Source: Enoplolaimus lenunculus (lineage: Eukaryota). From it: DNA of 64,000 bases. This document shows positions 12,797-25,300 of this stretch, piece by piece. The notes beneath the pieces were generated by a model, which made no database searches, had not been told where the DNA came from, and worked only from the letters and a program-made list of their open reading frames with translations. Made by a program: the position numbers and the translations under genes. How positions within the stretch are numbered: position 1 is the stretch's first letter; every line of letters starts with the position of its first letter. The stretch lies in assembly GCA_030248215.1 (NCBI GenBank), contig JASANG010003752.1, forward strand, positions 186,001-250,000, written 5' to 3'.

Positions 12797-13140
12797 GGCC
12801 TACTTTTAAGACCGTCCCGATTTTTGGTGGATCTGCAAAAGAGTAGGCTTGAATTGTAGACTATTTTTTGCTTAGGCTTAGGATTTTAGGCTTAGGTTTA
12901 GGAATACGCATTTGCAACGCTTAGGCTTAGGCTTAGGCTTAGGAATACGCATTTGCAACGCTTAGGCTTAGGCTTAGGCTTAGGGATACGCATTTGCAAC
13001 GCTTAGGCCTAGGCTTAGGCTCAGGAATACGCATTTGTAACGCTTAGGCTTAGGCTTAGGAATACGCATTTGCAACGCTTAGGCTTAAGCTTAGCAATAC
13101 GCTTAAATCTACTGTTACAGCCCTAAAAGTAACATTGGCT
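12797..13140. mobile_element. Telomere-repeat MITE family B (Merlin-like), with internally amplified TTAGGC+spacer units
   Basis: GGCC... to ...AAAGTAACATTGGCT; TSD CTATCCGC / CTATCCAC; five units of (TTAGGC)n-TTAGGAATACGCATTTGCAACGC. Confidence 0.85.
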
Positions 13141-13154
13141 CTATCCACCATTAA

Positions 13155-13304
13155 CTCCTTCTCACATTGAGTTGCCTATAGGCAACTAATCGCAGTATAT
13201 ATGCGTGATGGTATATATACGCCTCCCACGCCAGTCTCCCGAGTTCGAATCCTAGCATAAAAGTAGGGCTCAGGGGAAATGGAAAATATTCATGTGAGAA
13301 AGGG
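13155..13304. mobile_element. piggyBac-like MITE family C, internally deleted copy
   Basis: TTAA|CTCCTTCTCACAT ... ATGTGAGAAAGGG|TTAA; keeps the B-box GAGTTCGAATCC. Confidence 0.85.
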
Positions 13305-13380
13305 TTAATGTCAATTGCTCTACACGTCACGACTTCTTTAAAGAGTTTGAGAAGTTTTTATTCCAGGGATACGACACGGA

Positions 13381-16300
13381 TTAATTATTCAATTCTCGCA
13401 ACGTCATCGAAGTATAAAACGCAAAAACTAACGCCAAACACAGCGTCATAAATATTTTGTCCAGCGCAGTTGCAATTTTAATCCAATCAGAACTGGTGCC
13501 GGCGTAATGGGACGATGGATGCAGCTGTAACGCTGAATGATACGAACGACGTCGGAATTCGCGAAGTTCGCCAATCACATGCTGTAGATTTGAGTTTAAT
13601 CGTTCAAGTTTTGGTGAAATTAGCATATTTTGCCCTGTATTATTATTATTATTATTATTGTTATTGTTATTATTTCCAGCAAATCCGCTGCTAAAAATCC
13701 CAGTTCCAGAAGGAACATTAAACACCGGGATTTGATGTTCAGAGCTACTGGCTGATATCTGTTGTTGTTGTTGCGAATGGTTTCCAGTTGAATTGTGAAC
13801 GCTTGAGCGAGCACCGCCACTCGATTTAATGAAGACTCCGCTTGACGAGTTTGCAAGGTTGTAATTACTGTGGTGGGTGCTAGGCGGGCCCCGGTGTAGA
13901 ACCCCAGTGCCTTCGCCTGCAAGGATTTTACTTTTTGGTCGTATTAGTTGTTGAATATCTTCTTGAAGCTGAAATTAAACTAAACGACAGTTGAACACTA
14001 AATTGAGCAGATAGTAAAAATTGTTCAAACCTCGACTGTCTACTGAACATCAGTTCTGGATTCAAATTCAATTCACCACTGATTATTCATAAGTACGTCA
14101 TATGAATTTGTCATCTTTTTGAACGATCCAAATTCTAACAGACCGCACACCAGATTGGCTGTCCGTCAGCCAATGAAATTGTATTTTTATCATAGAAATC
14201 GTTGCTTCAAATGACATCAGAAATAGAAAATATCTGCTACGAACAGTCGTTTAAATAGCAAAATTCCGATACAAACATTTTAAGACATGTGGCAACGCAA
14301 CAATATTAAGTATAGTGTCGTCGTAAATGTTTCAAATAAAGTTGTGACCCTGTACAGAAGATAGTATATCAAGGGGCCAGGGAGGCTCAGCCACCCTAGA
14401 AAAATTTTGGATCCCATAGAAAATTTTAAACATTGCTTGTAAGTCAACGAAAACCCTTGTATGTCCCTTGTAAAAATTGTTAGCTTGAATTCCTAGCAAC
14501 GTGAGAGCTGACTACGGGCTTGTAGTAATTGAAAATTTTTTCCATTAATTTTGTATTTTTTTTAAATTTTCACTATTTATTGCGTAAGCAGGTAATTAAT
14601 ACTGACCTGTCTTGATGACCGTTTAAACGCAGATACAGGCACGCCGGATACAGTATTATTCGACACCGTAGAATGATGTTTACTTCCGGCTGAATGATTT
14701 CGAGTAGATCCGGCGGCAGAATTTGTCGCTGTCGAACGAGACGAAAAACAAATGCGACATTTACACGACCCACCGCGGCGTAGAAATAGACCAATTCGAT
14801 GAGGAAGTATAATTAACGCAATGCGAAGGCATTTCGGGGGTGGCGCTTTGTGTCGCGAGCGACGGTGGACCGACATAATAATCACGGTGAGAATTGTAGC
14901 AAACGTAATCACTCCGATTTGAAACATAAAATAAACGCCTGAATCGAAAAAAAATCAAGAAAAAATACATTTCTTTTTTGTGTGGTGATAAAAAGCGAGT
15001 TTTCGCCAATACTGCAGAGTTAAAGTGAATACGTCATTTTACTGGAGCATCTTGTCTGTCACATTTTTTGTCGCAAAACAATGTGATTTTAGCAAAATAC
15101 CACTCGTTAGCATTCGTACATTTTAGGTACCATTGCGCTCCACAATATTAATTTGCTTCCGGCGCCGCTGCCCGAAGATTTGAAATGGCATTCAACAGTT
15201 ATTTTTTGACGAATGGGTCACAGATGTTTAAAACAGCCAACAATGATTTAGCAGACCCAGCAGTAAACACACGAAGGTACCCGTTGGAAAAGTTTGGCTC
15301 CGGTGGAAAATTGTTTTTAACCCCTGAACATCGATTGATACCCTAGCCACCTTAATGAATAAAACAAAATATTGGGGGGAAATCACACTATTAACTGGCG
15401 TACCGTCTGCTCCCATCCCATGGGGTTGGCGTCAGAAAGACGTCTAGAAACGATTTCGTCCTTAGAGCACCGATTTGGAACACCTGGTATTCGAGCGCGA
15501 GAAAAAAACTGAATTTAACCAGCGAAATAAATATTCGATGATTTAATTTTAACCAAAAGTCAATTCATGCCGAGTCCAGAGCGGTTCTGCAAGATAGAAA
15601 TATGGCGGCCACCTGAACAAGTATTAACCCTTTCTCACATGAATATTTTCTATTTCCCCCTGAGACCTATTTTTATGCTAGGATTCGAACTCCAGTGACT
15701 GGAGTGGAAGGCGTATACCATCGCCACTCAGCTATAGGAGCTTGACGCTCGAGCCCGAGGGGGCCCTCACGTCTTGTGGTGATTTAGTACTATGTATACG
15801 TGTTGCTATTGTTAAACACGGTGCGATATATACTATTTAACGTGTATACACTGCGGTTAGTTGCCTACCGGCAACTCAATGTGAGAAGGGGTTAATTTCA
15901 GTTGTATATTAAGGGAAAATGTCTCAACGAAATTTTTCCGGTATTCTCTCTAATCAGTCGGACGAGAGTTGCTGATGTAATTAGAGCCTCAGCTAAAAAA
16001 CATTCGTAAAAAAATTTTCTCGATCGCTACGATTTGAGCCAAAAACCCATTGTAATATATGATGTTTTGAATGGGAAATTATTCAAACGTAAATTTAAAA
16101 GAAAATATAAAAATACAAAACAACACTGTACCTATGAGCGGAATGACTTTTGATGTTTTTGGCATTTGTTCTGCAACCGTCATTAGAAATATCGCCATTG
16201 TCAACATCGTTGTGATGCCCATTGTCACTTTTTCTGATCGCTCGCCAGAACTGCGATAAAACAACAAACATTCATTTTTGTTGTATGTAGCACCGGCATT

Positions 16301-19300
16301 TCGAAATAGTTATAACAGCAATTAGATTGCAGAAGTCGATTCGTAACTTTCTGACAGGAGGGAGCGAGCTAGCACGTGTTATGAACCGCAAAAGTTGTAA
16401 GGTAGGGAGCTTATCGTTTTATAACCAGTAGATATAAATTGGCGGTTTTACCCGATATTTTCGAAGGACGATGGATGACGTCATCTGATGACGATTTAGC
16501 ACCTGTAAGTAATCTCGTCGAAAGTAATTAATCACCTGGGAATGCGGAAGTAACAATGCGGAAGTGACCTCGTGTGGGTGGAGCACCGTAATAATGGGTG
16601 GGTCTTCAATATATTTTCAATTTTTTATTCCCGACATATAGAATGTATTGCAGAACTCGTCATTTGGTTCCTTAATTTTTTAAGAACTTGGGATGTACTG
16701 GTTTATAACGAAACTTAACCCTTTCTCACATGAATATTTTTTATTTCCCCTGAGACCTACTTTTATGCTAGGATTCGAACTCCAGTGACTGGAGTGGGAG
16801 GCGTATATCATCACCACTCAGCTATAGGAGCTTGACGCTCGAGCCCGAGGGGCTCTCACGTCTTGTGGTGATTTAGTACTATGTATACGTGTTGCAATTG
16901 TTAAACACGGTGCGATATATATTAAATAACATATATACACTGCGCTGAGTTGCCTATAGGCAACTCAATGTGAGAAGGGGTTAATCACCTGGGAATGCGG
17001 AAGTAACAATACGGAAGTGACCTCGTGTGGGTGGAGGACCGACATAATGGGTCTTGACTATATTTTCTATTTTTAGCACCGACATACAGAATGTATTGCA
17101 GAACTCGTCATTTGGTTGCTTATTTTTTAAGAACTTGGGATGTACTGGTCCATAACGAAACATATTAATATAATTAATTAATTTAAATTAACGCCTAAGA
17201 AAATATAGTATGTTTATTTTAAAACATTGTCTCTCAGAATAAATTGTACACTTCAGTTCGCTAATGAAGGGCTTATCAAATACGTCACCCGTTTCACTGA
17301 TTACTGAGTAAATTTTTTATAAAATTTCGTCAAATCACAATTTGTGCAAAAAACATTGTGTCGCCTAATAAAGTAACAAACTGAACTAATTTACCAATAG
17401 ACTATCAATAATTACAACCACAGCGTGGGCGTAAGAACAGTGCTTTAATTTTTACATTTAGAATAAATTCGGTCTTTTAACAACAAACAATTTGGTAAAA
17501 AATAACCGTTAAACCGAAATATAGGTTTACGATTTAGCTGCAACATTAATCATATTCAACGAGCTCTAAGGATTGATAAAATGTGCTTTACTGATTAAAG
17601 TAGCGTGTATTAATGGTTTGAAAAGAACACCTACGCTTTGGAGTACACTGAGTTAAGTTTTGAAGATGGGGAAATTGATTTTTAACGTGGTACCTGTTAA
17701 CTTTTCAAACAGTTCAATATGTTTTTTATAAACTCGAATATATGTGGTCTGTTTTCGAATTTATGATTGCAACACGATTATTTTCTGATTTGCTAAAATA
17801 GCGACAAATCGAACAAATGTTAAAATGCGCCCAAGGTGCTGGTATTTCTTCTAATGGCCGTGTCGTCCTAGATCCCTGTTTTTCAATTTAGGATTGCAAC
17901 AACTTTATTTTCTGAGTTGCTAAAATAAAGACAAATCAAACAATTCTTCTAATGGCCGTGTCGTCCTAGATCCCTGTTTTTCAATTTAGGATTGCAACAA
18001 CTTTATTTTCTGAGTTGCTAAAATAAAGACAAATCAAACAATTCTTCTAATGGCCGTGTCGTCCTAGATCCCTGTTTTTCAATTTAGGATTGCAACAACT
18101 TTATTTTCTGAGTTGCTAAAATAAAGACAAATCAAACAATTCTTCTAATGGCTGTGTCGCCTACAGAACTACTGCAATTCTCAAAAAAATTAGTACAAAA
18201 AACCTAATAAATAGTTATTCTTTAAATAATTACATTTGCGCTTTTCCAAGCATCGAAATGTCTCGTTCTAAAAACAAACTTTTTGAAAGTTTAAATGTTT
18301 GGTCAAAGTTTACCAGTCATTTTCCACTGCCTATTATTGCGTTTACTTCCTTTATCATCACGTTTAACATGATTGTTGATAGCTAAACACCGAATGTCAA
18401 ATTAATTATACACCTTGGAATTCGACATCTTTGGTTGCTTTTAACACCACAAACCAATTGACGAACCAGATCTTGGTCTAAGTATATAGTTACATATACG
18501 TAATGACTAAACATATGAAACATATATATTCATGACGACTCCAATGGGGACAGAGGTATTGCGGCATCACCATTTCACGAGCTGCACCGGCAACTTTAAA
18601 ATTTGGCAGTTTGTATAAAACGCTTTTGGTAAACAAAGCATAAAAAGCCGCTGGCAAACAAAACTTTAATTCTAAGCATACAAATCAAATTTAGTATCTG
18701 ATACTACGTTTTGCGCATGTATAGGAATTGAATACTCAACATTTGAATTTGATAACTCTCAAACAACAACAACTTCCATTGTTTTTTCTAGTCACGTCAA
18801 CAGTTTTAAGCAAATTTTACCACCAACACAGTTATGATATTGATCAGAGGTTTTACAACCTGTGATAACCGCTTTCTCTGTTCCAAAGATTAAAAGTGTA
18901 CCGGTGATCCATGTATGTAACCGTGGGTGTAACCATGTAACCACATGTGTAGCCATATCTAAGCGTGGGAGTATGCAATGTAACCGTGGGTGTAACCGTG
19001 GGTGTAACCGTGGGTGTAACCGTGGGAGTATCCAATGTAACCGTGGGTGTAACCGTGGGAGTATCCAATGTAACCATGGGTGTAACCGTGGGAGTATCCA
19101 ATGTAACCGTGGGTGTAACCGTGGGTGTAACCGTGGGAGTATCCAATGTAACCGTGGGTGTAACCGTGGGAGTATCCAATGTAACCGTGGGTGTAGCCAT
19201 ATGTAACTGCGGATGCATTCACATGTAACCGTGGATGTAACCTTCTGCGTAACCACTTGTAACCGTGGGTGTAACCACATGTAAAACAATTTATAACCGT

Positions 19301-22300
19301 GAACATCAGTTGGCCTGACCATAGCCGTGGGCGTATGCACATGTAACCGTTGACGTAGCCACATGTGCAACCACCTGTAACCGTGAAAGAAACCACATGT
19401 GTGACCGTGGGTGTAAACTCTGTATAAGTGTGATATCTCATTCATGTACCCACGAGTTCATTGAATTGGAAACCACTTCGCAGTCCGGCCAATACTAATT
19501 AACTTCCGGATTTCATCTAGCCCAAGTCACTTCCGCATTCTATCACTTCCGCATTTCGATTACTTCCACATTACGATTACTTTCGCATTTCCAGGTGACT
19601 AATCGCATTCCCAGATGACTAATCGCATTCCCAGATGACTAATCGCATCCCGACGTGGTTAATTAAGGTGATTAATCATTATCAGATGACGTCATCTGAT
19701 GACTTCATCCGCTTTCCTTCGAAAGGATGGGATAAAACCGCGATTTATTTCTACTGAGACCAAAAAATTTTGATGGGAAAACATTGTTAGGTACAAGCGA
19801 ACTACGGTGTGTGCGAGTAAGTAGTTTCACACAGTTGCAGCTGTATCGGGTCTTTTCCGTTATTCCCGAGCCCGCGTTTGCCCAAAAATTGTTCGGTTTT
19901 GATAAGTTTTGCACATTAGAACTTCTCAGAATCTCCCCTGATCATTCCACGTCTAAGTTTGAATTTTTGAAAAGTTCGATTTTTTAAGGTCCCAACGTCT
20001 TCCCTTGGGACCCAAAGAAATTTTTCGTCAAAAAGTTTGACAATTTATGTACCATTGGATGCAGCTTTTAAAGAGCTGAGTTGAATGTCTTATAGTTAAC
20101 GAGTTATGGTCAAATAACTGATTTGGCGCCGTCCCAAATCGTTGGCAGCGCGCCAAATTAGTTGTTTGACAATTACTCGTTAACCAATAATGTGATTGCT
20201 AAAAATATAGCATCATTCGACTCAGCTCAGCAGGATGCATGGAATGGTATACAAATTATTAAATTTTGACCAAAATTTTTTGGGTCTCAAACGTGGTCCT
20301 TGCGATGTTAAAAAATCGAATTTTCCAAAAATTCAAATTTATGCGTTGAATAATCAGGGGAGGTATGAGAAGCTCAAATATGCAAATATTTTAAAAATCA
20401 AACCATTTTTTGGTAACCACGAGCTGGGGGGAGATAAACAAAAGAAGCCCATTTTCTCTGTTACAAAAATTACTATGAAAAAACAATTTGGATAACAGAG
20501 AACGGTGTAACCGCCTATAACCGTACAGCCATACCTCCCCATACGCAGAAGGGCGCCATGGGGGCTTAGCCATCAGTGAGAAAGGTTTTAGCTTGGCTTG
20601 TAAGTCATGTGAATTCTAAGCATCCCCGTCTTAAAATTGTTTGCCCTCCCCAAATTTTGAATTGGTTACGTGCCTGTAAGAATTTAAGGCGTTATAGACT
20701 GATAGTTTGTACTAATTAATTATCCAGAGTCGACAGCGATATTGAACTTATATGTTGTGATGTTTTCACTTTTGATTATTAACAACGTTTATTGTGAACG
20801 GTGCATTACCTGATTAAACCATAAGGGGTCTTGTGCACTTTACCTCCACATTTAAATGTTATGACTACGGCTTACGCTCAGGATCAGGCTAAAACCTCTA
20901 CCAAGCCGCACTTAAATTCAAGGTCATATGCGTTTTCTAAAACTTGGACCCGTATTCTTAAATGAGTATAGCACCTATCACCAATTTTGTGTTGAGTTTC
21001 AAAGCCTATTACAAACTGACGGTGGTTGCTATACACATTTGAGAATACGTACTCTGAACCGAAGCCTAATCGTAAACCTTAACCTTTTCTCACATTGAGT
21101 TGCCTGTAGGCATCTAAGCGCAGTGTATATACGTTAAATAGTATATATCGCACCGTGTTCATCAATTGCAGCCCGTATACATAGTACAAAATCACCACAA
21201 GACCTGAGAGCCCCCTCGGACTCGAGCGTCAAGCTCCTACAGCTGAGTGGTGATGGTATACGCCTCCCACTCCAATCACTGGAGTTCGAATCCTAGAATA
21301 AAAGTAGGTCTCAGGGGAAATAGAAAATATTCATGTTAGAAAGGATTAATTGTAAATGTGTAGCGGAAAGCGTACAGCAACCAAACACAAATTACCTTGA
21401 CGATGCTGCAAACAGGCCAATAATCGAGACGACAGTAATGAGTCCACTGGGTAGAAACAGCGTAATAATATAGAACAGCGCCCGACGCCGGAGTGTAAAG
21501 TGATATCGGATATTCTTCCACGGCATTCCCCAGTATTTGGTCAAATTGACATGAAGCGAATTATAAATCAGTTCCCATTCTTCGTTCGGTTGATACAACT
21601 CTAAAATATTTGTGTCTCTCGGTGTAATATTTAGCTTGGCCAATGAATACGCCCAAGTATTGATTGACAGGAAACATTTTTGGGAGTCAAACGGAAAGCG
21701 TTCAATGTTGATTGGGCATGTGACTTCGTATTTGATTGGATATGCGAACGTAACGCCTCCTGTGTACTCAATGTAGACCGGAAATCGAACTTCTTCCATG
21801 ATGTATTTGACATCCGCGCTGGAAGAAAAAACAAACATATAAATAAACAATTGTGTAAAAGCAACAATGAATATATTAAAATAGTAAATATTGCAACAAA
21901 AAATGTGCTAAAAACTTATTCTTAATGTTGTATTTCTCCGAGGAGCTGGACTCAAAGATTTCCAAGGCACCCATACCGATTGCCAGCATTATGGACCCAT
22001 GAGATCCAAGACATCGCATTGGGGGACCGCATCGCTCACACCCACTCTCTGTATGGTACCCGTTTAACAAAACCGCCAATCCAATCCATATTCACACTGA
22101 ACGTCAAATGCTTTGTTCAACCGCCGTTTTAATCTGAGTTGTATTTTACTTCCTTGTTGTTGTTGACGTTAGAATTTATAAACAATTAAGTTTCCGACTT
22201 TATTTCGAGTCAACTCTTTTATAAAACAGCCAGTACAAAACACACCAGTTCGGCAACTCTTTGTGATTCTACCATCTGTTTCAGAAGTCAAGTTTAGACT

Positions 22301-25300
22301 ACACTAAAAATAAACTACTACATTGTACACATGATACTTACATATTTGTAACAATGATGTCAGGTTGCCAAATATCTTTTTCAGGCAACCAAAGCTCAGT
22401 GAGATTTTCAAAATGGGCCGGATTCCACGCTAACGATTTGTCCATCCATCTCTGAAACAATGGCCCATGTAAACATCAGGGGCGGAACCGTTTTGTGTGG
22501 GTCTAGAATAGAGTAAGCTTAAGCTTTATACTTATTTTTTTTTTGCTTGGTTTAGGCATAGGCTTAATAGGAATATGCTCATTCTTACACTTAAGTTCAG
22601 GCTTAGGCTTAGGCTTAATAATATTTATGACATCATTATTACAATAAAATATTGTACAATTTAGTACAGATATGTTATACATTATTCAGTTTTGCATGCA
22701 GCTGTTTTAGCGAGCAGTGTAGCTCAATGGTTAAGGACTGAATATTTGCTAAGCCAAGCTTTAGCTGTGAAACCGTACAATTTTAAGATATTTTCATGTG
22801 ATTCTAAATTTAGTTACTTTGACGACAGGGCAAGCTTAACAACCGTTTTTATGTATTCGATTGTAGGTTAATCTCGTGGCCTGATCTTTGATAGTTAAAA
22901 ATGACTGGTACAAAACGTGGCTGCTAAATATTTACAATACCGAACGGAAATTCTTCAAGCTTAAAGGATTCGAGTCAAAAATACATAAATGCTTTTTAGT
23001 ATCTTGAAATAAAGTTTACATATAATAAAATGTTAAATTTAGCGTCGTAATCTCTCAAAAAGGCTTACATATTAGTCGAATTCAATGACATGTTTAATGA
23101 AAATTTTCAACTCACTTGTTCGATATAAAGCAAAAACGCAATGCATTGGTATACTTCATTCTGAAAATATTACTTTTTCATTGCAATAATTGTATATTAA
23201 TTATTAGTTTCATAGGCTTATGGCAAATTGTTGTATACAACTCCCGTGATACTCAGTTTAGTCAAGTAAACAAATTTGTCAAAAATTCAAATTTAACCCC
23301 TTCTCACATTGAGTTGCCCGTAGGCAACTCAGCACAGTGTATATACGTTAAATATTGTATATCGCACCGTGTTTAACAACTACAACACGTATACATAGTA
23401 CTAAATCACCACAAGACATGAGAGCCCCTCGGGCTCGAGCGCCAAGCTCCTATAGCTGAGTGGCGATGGTATACGCCTTCCACTCCAGTCACTGGAGTTC
23501 GAATCCTAGCATAAAATTAGGTCTCAGGAGAAATAGAAAATATTCATGTGTATGTCGCTCACACGTTACCATACATGCACTCGGCACATCCATCGTCCCC
23601 CTATACTGTTTTAAAAAGGCTAGCTATACTGTTATTGCGTAACTGTGCGGAAATTTTATTTCTAAATAAAAAATGTCCGCATAGAGTTTATTACATTGAC
23701 GGACATTTTGTATACTGTTTGCGCATTATGTTAATATTATAGAGTTACGTGAATTGTTGGGCTTTGTTGTTACAGTCTAAAAGGTGTCGCCGGAAAGCGC
23801 TAAATAAGGTAATTAATTTACAGCGTAATTTTGTTGCTTTTTGCAAGTTCGCCAACATTTCCGGCCAAAATTTGAATTTTCCCGCCAAAATTTGAATTTT
23901 CCCGTCAAAATTTAAATTTTGCCGCTAAAATTTGAATTTTGCCGCCAAAATTTGAATTTTGCTGCCAAAATTTGAATTTTGCGCTAAAATTTTGAATTTT
24001 GCGCCAAAATTTGAATTTACCACCAAAAATTGATTTTTCCCGCCAAAATTTGAATCTGCCGCCAAAATTTGAATTTTCCCGCCTAAATTTGAATTTGCCG
24101 CCTAAATTTGAATTTTCCCGCCTAAATTTGAATTTTCCGCCAAAATTTGAATTTTCCGCCAAAATTTGAATTTTCCCACCAAAATTTGAATTTCCCGCCA
24201 AAATTTGAACTTTCCCGCCTAAATTTGAATTTGCCGCCAAAATTTGAATTTTCCCGCCTAAATTTGAATTTCCCGCCAAAATTTGAATTTTCCCACCAAA
24301 ATTTGAATTTCTTGCCAAAATTTGAATTTGCCGCCCAAAATTTGAATTTTCCCGCCTAAATTAGAATTTGCCGCCAAAATTTGAATTTTCCCGCCTAAAT
24401 TTGAATTTGCCGCCAAAATTTGAATTTTCCCGCCTAAATTTGAATTTCCCGCCAAAATTTGAATTTTCCCGCCTAAATTTGAATTTGCCGCCAAAATTCG
24501 AATTTTCCCTCCAAAATTTGAATTTCCCGCCAAAATTTGAATTTCCCGCCAAAATTTGAATTTTCCCGTCAAAATTCGAATTTCCCCGCTAAGGTGTCCC
24601 TATGTGTCTATCATAAAAATATTGTCCACTACACTATTTTTCAAACATTTCAATGTCCTAGACAGTGTCACTGCAAAACAGTCGTGTCCGGATAGAGTTT
24701 CCGTGAAACTCTATGATGCCCGCGAATGGCGGTGATACTGTTGGAAAATGAAGGGTTTCGACAAAACATAAGCCGGACAAGCTGTTGAATTTCTTTTCGG
24801 AGGGGACATTTCGTGTGCCGAGTGCACGTATGGTAACGTGTGAGTTACATGAGAAAGGGTTAAATTCTGCAGGAATACGTTTTATGATTGGTCAAAACGT
24901 TCAGTATTAAAATCCAGCACCTCAGCCACTGTTTCATTTCGGAACGGGATAACTTTTATGTGAATGCTTTTCGGACCGCTGGCAGCAGTAAAACGTAGGC
25001 GATATATCCCCGAAGGGTGGCGGTATACTTTTGATGACGTCCGGCGCCATCCATTTACCTTACGTCACCTTGCGGATCGTCCCGGACTACAGGTATAGCG
25101 CCACTCTTAGGGTTCGAATTAAATTCAAGATACGTTGTTTAACAGTAAATCTGGGTATTACCACTCGCAACACTTGGCCAAATTGTACGTTATATGTTAA
25201 CTGCAGCGTGCCTTCAGGTGCAGCTTTTGGATTGTGAACCCGCAACAAATATTCAGTTAACTTTCTTGTCGGTCCTGAAAATACGAAAAAATTGGATTCA

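Larger units (their letters stand above)
16427..19755. mobile_element. 3.3-kb non-coding element with long imperfect TIRs and internal tandem repeats
   Basis: Left AGTAGATATAAATTGGCGGTTTTACCCGATATTTTCGAAGGA..GGATGACGTCATCTGATGACG matches the reverse complement of the right end (CGTCATCTGATGACTTCATCC..TCCTTCGAAAGGATGGGATAAAACCGCGATTTATTTCTACT); subterminal TGCGGAAGT / ACTTCCGCA repeats at both ends. Confidence 0.75.
23297..24859. mobile_element. piggyBac-like MITE family C copy split in its right TIR by a nested element
   Basis: TTAA|CCCCTTCTCACAT at 23297; body to TATTCATGTG at 23550; remaining GAGAAAGGG|TTAA at 24851-24863. Confidence 0.85.

Noticed and set aside
12870..13105. True telomere or CRISPR-like repeat-spacer array
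   Set aside because: Interstitial, bounded by TIRs and a TSD; the spacers are near-identical rather than unique; eukaryotic context, no cas genes.
17848..18158. CRISPR-like array
   Set aside because: Head-to-tail 98-bp units with no spacers.
18792..19445. Overlapping ORFs with PRLH, TPTV, CNRG and GYTH repeats
   Set aside because: All are translations of the 12/21-bp minisatellite, open in several frames on both strands.
23905..24572. NSNFGGKIQIL / PPKFEF repeat ORFs
   Set aside because: Artefacts of the 20-bp satellite.
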